64,000 bases of DNA. Origin: Macrostomum hystrix (lineage: Eukaryota; Animalia; Platyhelminthes). Location of the stretch: assembly GCA_950097015.1 (NCBI GenBank), contig CATNEN010000001.1, positions 7,874,001-7,938,000 of the forward strand. Reading direction: 5' to 3'. The position numbers and the translations under genes were made by a program. Shown in pieces: positions 54,119-64,000 of the stretch; the stretch's first letter is position 1; every line of letters begins with the position of its first letter. Under the pieces are notes generated by a model that saw only the letters and a list, made by a program, of their open reading frames with translations, was not told where the DNA came from and did not search any database.

Positions 54119-54499
54119 TATGATATTTTATTTACGAAATGAAAAAATAAATTAAAATAATCTTCAATCACTACTGGCTGAAAATTAGTCTAAATGATTT
54201 GACGCAGTGCAGAATCGAACCCTAGCCTAGCCTAACCTATTCCTAGTGCCTACACATCGGCTATTCCGACTGTTGGTTAGTGGGCGCAAAAATCAGCCTT
54301 ATAAAATGAATTCTCAAAGTTCTGGCTTTGTACAATGAAGTAAGAAAATAGAGTACACTCAGTCTCGCGGTTGGTTGTGTACATTTATTTCCAATTTGTC
54401 TCCAGAGTGCAGGCTTCAAATTCAATCAGCTAGGGGTTGTTGCGCAATTTGACGATGCAATTCTAATTCAGCGGCAGTGAGTAAAATTCTCAATAGGCC

Positions 54500-56748
54500 A
54501 AGATGGTTTGACCTTTGAAAAATCATGTTTTTCGAATATTTAATCCCTTTAGCAATAAAGTTAAGCTTAATAAAAATACGTGTATAATTGTCCCCATATT
54601 TGGCATCTTTTGGTGAAGAAATGGTGAAAATCGGTTGAGCCGTTCGGGAGAAAATCAATTACAACCAACCAACCAACCATTTCATTTTTAGTATAGTGGA
54701 CTAGCTGCCTTCGCTACCCTCTGGGTAGCCTCCCTGTGAGTTCTTATCAGTACGCGCGTGCGTTATCAAAACTGGCTCTGATGCAATCATTAAATTTGGC
54801 ACTGGAGGCCTCACTGTGCACAAGCTGAAAACAAGAATGCATTAGAAAAGCCTATTTAAAACAGTTTTTCGAATATTTAATCCCCTTAGCAATGAAATTA
54901 AGCTTAATAAAAATACGTGTACCGATTCGGGACCAATTGTGATCTTTTGGCGAAGGAATTGCGAAAATCGGTTGAGCCGTTCGGGAGCTAGTCGATTGCA
55001 AACAAGCAAGCAAGATTTTCATTTTTAGTATATAAGACTAGCTGCCTTCGCTACCCTCTGGGTAGCCTCCCTGTGAGTTCTTATCAGTACGCGCGTGCGT
55101 TATCAAAACTGGCTCTGATGCAATCATTAAAGTTGGCACTGGAGCCTCACTGTGCACAAGCTGAAAACAAGAATGCATTAGAAAAGCCTATTTAAAACTG
55201 TTTTTCGAATATTTAATCCCCTTGGCAATGGAATTAAGCTTAATAAAAATACGTGTACCGATTCCGGCCCATTTGTGATATTTTGGCGAAGGAATTGTGA
55301 AAATCGGTTGAGCCGTTCGGGAGCTAGTCGATTGCAAACATACAAGCAAGATTTTCATTTTTAGTATATAAGACTAGCTGCCTTCGCTACCCTCTGGGTA
55401 GCCTCCCTGTGAGTTCTTATCAGTACGCGTGCGTTATCAAAACTGCAGGCTCTGATGCAATCATTAAATTTGGCACTGGAGGCCTCACTGTGCACAAGCT
55501 GAAAACAAGAATGCATTAGAAAAGCCTATTTAAAACTGTTTTTCGAATATTTAATTCCCTTGGCAATGGAATTAAGCTTAATAAAAATACGTGTACCGAT
55601 TCCGGCCCATTTGTGATCTTTTGGCGAAGGAATTGTGAAAATCGGTTGAGCCGTTCGGGAGCTAGTCGATTGCAAACATACAAACATACAAACATACAAA
55701 CAAGATTTTCATTTTTAGTATATTAGACTAGCTGCCTTCGCTACCCTCTGGGTAGCCTCCCTGTGAGTTCTTATCAGTACGCGCGTGCGTTATCAAAACT
55801 GGCTCTGATGCAATCATTAAAGTTGGCACTGGAGCCTCACTGTGCACAAGCTGAAAACAAGAATGCATTAGAAAAGCCTATTTAAAACTGTTTTTCGAAT
55901 ATTTAATCCCCTTGGCAATGGAATTAAGCTTAATAAAAATACGTGTACCGATTCCGGCCCATTTGTGATATTTTGGCGAAGGAATTGTGAAAATCGGTTG
56001 AGCCGTTCGGGAGCTAGTCGATTGCAAACATACAAGCAAGATTTTCATTTTTAGTATATAAGACTAGCTGCCCCTCGCTACCCTCTGGGTAGCCTCACTG
56101 GAGTTCTTATCAGTTCGTTATCAAAACTGGCTCTGATGCAATCATAAAAATTGGCACTGGAGCCTCACTGTGCACAAGCTGAAAACAAGAATGCATTAGA
56201 AAAGCCTATTTAAAACAGTTTTTCGAATATTTAATCCCCTTGGCAATGGAATTAAGCTTAATAAAAATACGTGTACCGATTCCGGCCCATTTGTGATCTT
56301 TTGGCGAAGGAATTGTGAAAATCGGTTGAGCCGTTCGGGAGCTAGTCGATTGCAAACATACAAACATACAAACATACAAACAAGATTTTCATTTTTAGTA
56401 TATTAGACTAGCTGCCTTCGCTACCCTCTGGGTAGCCTCCCTGTGAGTTCTTATCAGTACGCGCGTGCGTTATCAAAACTGGCTCTGATGCAATCATTAA
56501 ATTTGGCACTGGAGGCCTAACTGTGCACAAGCTGAAAACAAGAATGCATTAGAAAAGCCTATTTAAAACTGTTTTTCGAATATTTAATCCCCTTGCAAAT
56601 GGAATTAAGCTTAATAAAATTACGTGTACCGATTCCGGCCCATTTGTGATCTTTTGGCGAAGGAATTGCGAAAATCGGTTGAGCCGTTCGGGAGCTAGTC
56701 GATTGCAAACAAGCAAGCAAGCAAGATTTTCATTTTTAGTATATAAGA
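54500..56748 (-). mobile_element. Head-to-tail array of six ~340-bp non-autonomous Helitrons (54701-55037, 55038-55373, 55374-55727, 55728-56063, 56064-56407, 56408-56748), joined to the 5' end of a divergent seventh
   Basis: On the minus strand each unit starts TC, has a tetranucleotide microsatellite and AACGGCTCAACCGATTTT, and ends with hairpin GCTACCC-AGA-GGGTAGC followed by CTAG; junctions are CTAG|TC. Confidence 0.88.
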
Positions 56749-58002
56749 AATCACCCGGCAACCTTTTAACGCTCCTCCGCCAATTGATTAACTTTTGAAT
56801 TATTTGACTGAAATTGGATTCGAACTGCATCTGAGTTATTTTCAAAACAGTCTGCGGACAAAAATCAGGCAGAATGTCGTCGAGAAATGGGATTTTCTGA
56901 TTTCATAGCAGATGTGTCTTCTGGATTGGCTGTTAAAAGCAGACTATTATTGCTTAGTCAATTTTCTTATAATTGCGTATTAATCTTAGCGTACATATAT
57001 CACACTTTTGTTGGCGAATTTAACCCCAGTACTAAAGTTCACTTTGCTAATTATTATCCCAACTCCAATCACTGACAGTTTTACTCAAAGTAAAAAACGT
57101 TGTTCGTTACTAAATTTTCCTAATAAAAACATAAACATAAACTTTTGTTAAAGTACAAAATCACAAATACAAAACCGTCACAATTTGCGAGTTCAAGGCC
57201 CACTACGCGCGGCTTCCATATAAGTCCTGCATCCTGCAGTCTCTTTTGAAAAATCAAGCTGAGTTTTCTATGAAGCAAAAGTGTAGCAAACAAGTTGTTG
57301 GGCCTCAGGCCTGCCAGTGCAGTTGCTCTACTTTGTGGTTGTTTTCGTGATTGCTCGGCCGATTTTGTCGTGGTGGGGTTGAGGCCAGATAGACACGCCC
57401 ACCCCATCACCTTCTTTCCGCGCTGTGCGTTGGCAAGGGAAAAGCCGCTGCCCTTTACCTCTCCCGCCTTTTCTTTCTGTCTGTCGCTTTTGATTTGTTA
57501 GTCGACCGATGCGTGTTTTGGTGTATCTATACGCGTGAGGAACTGGCTGGTCCCCCTCGTCTGGCACCCGTCCCTTCAACCCTCCGACACGCAGCGAGTA
57601 TAGCGAGTTTTTATCAACCTGAACGAACAGGTTTCCACGGAAATTTCGGTCTGTACTGATACAACTAGTATATATAGCTTTTGTCAATCTAAATGATAAT
57701 TTAGACATTCAAAACGATAATGGCTATGGATTTAACCATCCTCTAAGTAAACCTCGCCGCTAGAGAAAATTTGACGTTTGGACAACCAAAACAACCAAAC
57801 GAGAATGAATTCTGGCACTCAGAAGAAAATTCACCCTTTCGTACATAGACTATAGAGACAACCAAAATGATAAAACTCGGAAGGGAAAGCTGAAAAACAC
57901 CCTTGCCTTGCTCTTCGCCTGATTGGTTTTCTCTCGCTTCTTTCGTTGCTATTTCTTGTTGCTGTTTTTCAAATGCCCCCACCCATATCCTCAGTCGACA
58001 GG

Positions 58003-59570
58003 CAATATACCAATATTGATAGGCTGCAGAGGGCTGAAACGAGGTAAAATGTCGAGGCGCGTAGCGCCGAGGCGTTTCACCTCGTTTCAGCCCGAGCAGC
58101 CTATCCATATTAGTGTTGTAGTTAGCCTACGCGTGTTGAAATGAGGTTGAAACAGATATGCACTCATGTGCTAACAATTAATTTATATTTATTACTTAAT
58201 TAGTACGAAATTAATCAAAGATCGCGTAGAACGTAGAACGCAATAATAGAATTAAAAACAATAAAAACTGTCAGCTTAGTCACAGTGAGTAAAAGGCACA
58301 ATGGACAGTTGCTGCCGTGCCCTTGGTTTATGCTGATCGTGCAGTTTTCAAACTTACAATAGCTGAAAATGTTAGGTACTCCGGCGGAAGGAACTCCAAT
58401 TGCAACACTGCAGTTTGCGATCGCAGGCGACGCAGTTGTTGACGGGTCAACCACAGTATAGCTTTCGACCAAAGGAGAAGACTGCGCTACAGGAAGAACA
58501 GAGATGTCTGACGTAGACGATGCTGTCGAAAGGCGGCAACTCGTTAATCGTTAATCGTTAATCGTACTCGTTACTCGGCTAATCGTTAGAGACGCCACTT
58601 TCCTTGAAAACTTTAGTCTTCTATTGTAGTGCTTGATGCTTTCCGCTCGCTTATGGCCAGTCACAGCTTGAATCTGGGGTACACTGACGCCGTCTTCAAT
58701 CAGGTTTGTGACAACGCTTGCACGGATGCAGTGGTTGGTGTGATTCCGGCCAGCAAGACCAGCAAGTTCGCACAGCGTCTTCATAAAGTTGTTTAGCCAG
58801 TTCTTTCCTAGTACGAGATTATTGTGATACCAGTAGCCGTCTTTATTGTAACCACGTTGGATTCCACCATCGTTGCATGGACTGGCGACGTCCAAGGCGC
58901 GTCAAAAAATCATAGCTTAGACCGCTAATTTCGATCTCTAGTATTGAATCGTAATCCAACATGTCGACGCAGTAAAAAGAATAGGCAGAAAAACAACACT
59001 CGTCTTCACCATAAGAATGTATTTTCTCTAAAGAACTTCAAAGGAATCATTCTCACTCAACACCAAAGTTTTGCCAGATTTTGCCATATATGTTTTTTGT
59101 TTGTCTAAGACTCTAAGCTGTTCATGTTGGGACTCCACCTCCACCTCCACAACCCGCAAGGAGGCTGTACGCTCTGTTGAACCCGCTGTATTTTTTCCAT
59201 AGACTTTCTTACCGGGCCGTGAAACCGACTGAAAGCATAGAACTCAGAGCGATTTTACCATAGAAAGTCTCAGCGGGCCCCCGCTAACTACAACACCAAT
59301 AAGCATAGGCTGCTCGGGCTGAAACGAGGTGAAACGCCTCGGCGCTACGCGCCTCGATATTTTACCTCGTTTCAGCCCTCTGCAGCCTATCAATATTGGT
59401 ATATTGTAGTTAGTGGGCATGAAACGCGTTTCACAGCCCGCCCGCTGTGCATATCTATGGAGTTCGACCATAGACAACAGCAGAGGGCGGGCTGCCGTTA
59501 GTTTCAACCTCGTTTCAACATGCGTAGGCTAACCAGGCCCGCCAGCCAAGCCCGGTGCGGGCCGTGAAAC
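58003..59570 (-). mobile_element. Crypton-type tyrosine-recombinase transposon relic (YR/DUF3504-like fragment 58895-58215) between palindromic inverted repeats
   Basis: WY...LGKNWL..FMK.LC..AGL....TNHCIRAS.VT.L...G.....I..VTGHKRAESIKHY (H-x-x-R, GH, Y); C-terminal FSYCKFENCTISIN; 58003-58126 is the near-exact reverse complement of 59283-59406. Confidence 0.8.
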
Positions 59571-60162
59571 GCAGGAATACGCAGGAAGGAATTAGGGTTC
59601 AGGCGTTCCCAAGAGGTGGTAAAAAGGAAAGCAAATGCAAAGTGGACGAGGAGATGAAGGCCTGCCTTTAGAACAAGCTGGAGCAAAACCAGCTTGGTCA
59701 TATTCGATTTGTACCCGAGGAACAGCTTATCAGAATCTGCTACAATTAGATAAGATCGTGTTTCTGCTTTTCTTTCACATTTTTTGTCCCACCTTGAGTG
59801 AAAGGGGGGTTGCTAACTGCATGACGTGGGGCCTTAACTCAAACATCTAAATGGAAGCCAATTAAGAGGAATTTTCGCCATCAAGGAGTTAAAAAAATTC
59901 GTGAAACCGAAGCCAACAATGCGCGTATTAAAGTGCTCTGTTTGGATAAAGCCGAGAAGCATCTCATACCCTAATGGTATGGTCCGATAATTTGTAAAGC
60001 AAATGGGGATCTATACGCGTCCCCATTTTACGAATGGGGATAACATGCTAGCTTCTATATGATGAAATAAGCAAACAGTTTTTTAGCAAAAATGCATTAA
60101 ATAGCTCGTATTAAATAGCTTCTAGAGAAGCGCAAGATAAACGAAATAACGAATCTTCCCTC

Positions 60163-60973
60163 ATGGATATCTCATTGTGTCTATCATTGCTTACTTGGCT
60201 GCAGTTAAGAATAGCACTAACTGTGATATTCGCAGCCACAATTCATTCCACAGACATTTGCTCCAAAAGACATTTCTTTTCTTTAGCGAAGCTAGTCGCG
60301 TCAACTACGCCTTGTCCCTACCTGTCCGTGGACAGCAACAGTAATTTTGATTGCTCCTTTATTTGCGCGAGCAGATCAGCCAAATGTGCAGGATTCTTAT
60401 GGCTTGAAGGCCTTTGCCAGATTTTCAATGCGTCCTCAATCGGGCGCAAGTTTTGCTACAATGAGAGGCCATCCAATATTTTTACTCGACCGTTTGGTAA
60501 GCAAATTACCAGAGAGTAGCGATTTCCAGCCATTCTTTTAAATAATATTTTTACACTGGCTTCATAAAGTTTCAGAGAAACTAAGCCTAGCAGGATGTGC
60601 TCAAAGTTCGGTACATTTGAACGCTGTATGCGACAGAGCAATCGACGGAGTGACTCGGCAGAATTTTTTCGAGAATTCGTGCTCTCACACGGGATATAGC
60701 GACAACGAGTGGTGGGAAGCGGTACTTCTAAAAGCCGCACTGGTATCTCACGTGACCCTCTACAATAGGCAGGACTGTTGTGCTGACAGACTCAACCAGT
60801 TCTCACTGCAGGTGGATGGTGTCGAGTGCAACCGAGTGAACCTGGCCGAGTCATTCTCGGTGGCCAACTTCAGCTGCTTCGCATTCGGCAGCAGAGTGCG
60901 CGTTCTTCAACTAAGGCCTTCAACTCCCGAGACTATTTGTGAATTCTTGGTCTACACAGCAATGTTTATTTAG
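60163..60973 (+). CDS. PAN/Apple + F-type lectin, copy 5 (divergent). Exons 60163-60496 and 60576(alt 60570)-60973
   Basis: Signal peptide; PAN cysteines; same phase-1 intron position; CDRAIDG..SCSHT..WW..YNRQDCCADRL..ICEF. Confidence 0.85.
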
Positions 60974-61454
60974 CAAAGTCTATCTTTTTAATTCTTTCAA
61001 CTTATTTTATTCTTTACGCAGTTTTTTTCGCAAACAAATATTCACACCTGACTGCTTCATCTCAGAATCTGGTACTAGCTTACACTTAAGATATTAGCTC
61101 GTAATTTTGAAACTGAACACGGTTGTTTAACTCAAGCAATTCATTTTAATTGGCAACTGCCTAGCAATCCTGTATAATTTATTTTCTCTCATCTCATATT
61201 TCTTAAGCTATTGGAAAATGTGTACAAAGCGATTCTCCATGGGAACTAAGAATTTGATTTTAAAGAATCTCTGCAAATACATATTAGAATGAGAACATGT
61301 GTTTTTCCCACGTTTACAAATGCATAATTGCAATTCAGTTCTTAGCAATCAAAATTCACACGAGAGATTTCTTAAGAATTTTCTACCGAACTTGAACTTG
61401 GCATCGTCATCAGACAGGACATGATCGCTGATTTGTACTGAGTGATGTACCGGC

Positions 61455-63960
61455 ATGTGTACTGCCACCAGCGCCTCTGTCACGGTCTCGAGGGAAGCGC
61501 AATGTCTACGGACACAACCGTTTGAACTGGCAAAATACCCAAGGATACCCAAAATACTCAACAGATACCCAAGGACTACATGTACTAAACAACACAGGAC
61601 GTTGCAATCGCGTTTTGTGCAAATTTTTCAGAAGGCTGGCTAAATGATGTTAAAAGTCTATGGCATATGCTTTATTAATATATGCACGTAGCTCAATAGT
61701 AAACAGCAGTTGGTTCGCGTCTATCCGATTTTGCACTATCCATGGCGTCGAATCGCCAGATTGGAACAAGCGAAAGCACCGCTGATTGGTAAAGTGGTTG
61801 TCGCATATTAGGCTGACTACTGTGCCTCCGAATTGCTTAATGATTCCAATGAGGCGAACCACTTGATTGTGCAAAAATTCTGCCTGTAGGCTGCAGATTG
61901 GTACCAACCGGGCAACAAATGCAGATGCACCCATGAATGGCTTCACCATTATAGGCAGAACAGTTCGTGCTTGCTGGTCAGGGGCATCCTCTGCAGAGCC
62001 AATGACATGACAACCTCGGAGGCGTGGAGATGGTTTTACATAAACCTCGTCAAAAATGATTGAACAGTATCGCTGCTTTTGTGTATAGTGCTGAAATTGA
62101 GCCTCAATAGTCTTTATACAATCACTGTCTGATCGCACTGTGCCGAGACCTCCAAGATGTCTTCTCAATGTCGCAGGATGTGGTAGGTGTAAGGTTTTTC
62201 TGCAGACACGGTAGCTCTGACGGCTTGAAAAGTACAAACTTGCAGACATTAGAATGTCTTTAGATTCATATCTTGTGTTGGCAGACGACGTAAAACATAG
62301 CTCCACTTGCCAAGCAATGAATTCTTGGCGAATATCTTGAAAGTCTCGGCTGAGAGACTGCAGAGCACTGATGTGAGACAATGCTTCGATCGAAGAAGTA
62401 GGCTCTGCAAATTTGACTCGATTGACAATCGCTTCTACGAGCGTAGTTGGCTAAATCTTTCCAATTTGTGCTGGAAACCAAGTAGATCGCGAATATTGAT
62501 AGGCGTGTTGCATCTGTAAGCAGAAGCTGAAAAACCATTCTGCACACACACGGACTGCTGAACATGTCGTTCTTGTACAATGAAGAAATTTACTCTGAAC
62601 TCCTCCCGCTGCGCCATCCATTCTCCACTCGAAACAAAACTGAGTGTAAAAGCAGTCAGGAGGAAATTCGCCCATGAGACGATTTTATCAGCAGCATTGA
62701 ATGTAGAGAGCTCATCAGGCGAGCGATTGCGCTCATTTATAAGAACGCCGCGCTGCTTTGAGCGCCTCAATTTTTCTGAAAGGTATTATTAGTCACGTAA
62801 TAGGCGAACAGTATAACTCAACTCATGTCAGTAGTAAGAAACCTTGTCCTAACTTACTGGACACCGTCTGACGAAAGGAACTGGCTGGAGCTCAATGAAA
62901 CACAGATGGTGCAGATCAATCGGACGTGTGTGATTCTTCACCTTGAGCATCCGTGCGTTCTCAGGCCAGTGCTTTTTACAAACACCCATCTACTTTGTTG
63001 CTTTCTGTGTACGATTAACACAACATCAATTACAAAAAAGGTTGACTTATAAAAACATTAATCCGTTTACACATTAAGTTTATATAGTTGATATTTTGAT
63101 GCTCACCGATGAGTAAGTCAGCAAAGCCGTCATCCAAATGCTCGCTTCTCGTTCGTCCCGCGGGAAACTATAGACAGTACATATATATCCACTGTCGTAG
63201 TTGCTCTTGCAGCCTAGCTTTTACGCAGCACTTTCTTGGCATGATGCGAAAACCAAAGAAATCACGCTAGCATCTGTCTTCTGCAGGACTAAAAAAACTA
63301 ATAACGAACTGAGATAGAAAAGCAGACTAGGACAACTAAAAGTAAAAGGCTAAACAATTTGCGTTCCTTTTGAGCGACGTGAAGACTTTTAGTCTACGCC
63401 ATAGACTTTTAGCATCATTTAGCCAGCCTTCTGAAAAATTTGCACAAAACGCGATTGCAATGTCCTGTGTTGTTTAGTAGTCCTTGCAGATACCATTTCC
63501 ATACCTGAGAGTGCAGCGCAGCGGCGTGCTAGACTGCTCATTGGCTTGTGAGGCTAGAAACATGGACTGCTACGGCTTCTGGTGGCAGCGAGGCCTCTGC
63601 CAGCTGTTCAATTTGACAGCCTTGAGTTGAAAGTTATTTTTGTTAGCAACGGACCAGTAAATGTTTTCACCAAGCCGATGTGTAAGCATTGTATGCTAAT
63701 GTGTGCCAGATTTTACTATTTATTAATTTCATCTGTTATATTGTCAGAATTTCCACGCAATAAATCGCTGTATACTATTTGAAGTGTAATGTCCGTCGCA
63801 TTCCACACAATTTTCAGCAATACAAAAGCTGAGTATTAGCAGCTGCCAGCAGAGCTCAGCATTAAAAATTTTTGGTTGCTCACTGGCGTTAGACAACGGT
63901 TCGTCCCAAATTTTCGATGACGGTTCGTGTACTCACACGCTGTTTAATAAAAGCGAATAA
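61455..63960 (+). pseudogene. PAN/Apple + F-type lectin, copy 6, split by a P element (61455-61569 + 63495-63681; exon 2 from 63818)
   Basis: QCLRTQPFELAK ... FPYLRVQRSGVLDCSLACEARNMDCYGFWWQRGLCQLFN aligns with copy 5; T|GTAAG donor at the conserved position; exon 2 SCQQSS..LALDN..SCTHT..SE*; frameshifts and stops. Confidence 0.8.
61570..63486 (-). mobile_element. P-superfamily DNA transposon (THAP + truncated THAP9-like transposase), defective
   Basis: ~95-bp TIRs beginning CAAGGACTAC; 8-bp TSD CAGATACC at 61562-61569 and 63487-63494; THAP MPRKCCV..GCKSNY..FP....W (ATG 63242) and KKHWP; LHLPHPATLRR, IIFDEVYVK, LICDN. Confidence 0.92.
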
Positions 63961-64000
63961 AAGCAAAGTTCATGGCGTCTTTCTCTGTAGCTAATTTCAG

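Noticed and set aside
54701-56748. Regularly spaced repeats, here and in the satellites, as a possible CRISPR array
   Set aside because: No unique spacers, no cas genes, eukaryotic context; the units have Helitron termini

Overview
Eukaryotic (animal) genomic DNA with GT-AG introns. The density of 16-62 bp minisatellites and the Ala/Gln-rich proteins suggest a Macrostomum-like free-living flatworm; this is inference only. Genes: (1) the 5' part of a melatonin-receptor-like class A GPCR (minus strand, runs off the left edge); (2) a 15-exon ADAM metalloprotease (minus, 5366-23061) whose larger introns each carry their own minisatellite; (3) a divergently transcribed PHF14 homologue (plus, 27167-33618, first exon not found); (4) a tandem cluster of secreted two-exon PAN/Apple + F-type (fucose-binding) lectin genes, with four intact copies, one with a Cys->TGA codon and one split by a P element; (5) a small orphan type-I membrane ORF. 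Mobile DNA: CORE-like tRNA-SINEs, a hAT MITE carrying a satellite, a TA-flanked MITE, a 44-bp mini-MITE, a Merlin relic, LINE fragments, a candidate solo LTR, a head-to-tail Helitron array, a Crypton relic between palindromic repeats and a THAP/P element. The most interesting signal is the lectin cluster: framework DNA is near-identical between paralogues, short loop segments are hypervariable, and the copies are mosaics of each other. All exon models were read by hand from splice signals and codon phase, with no database search.
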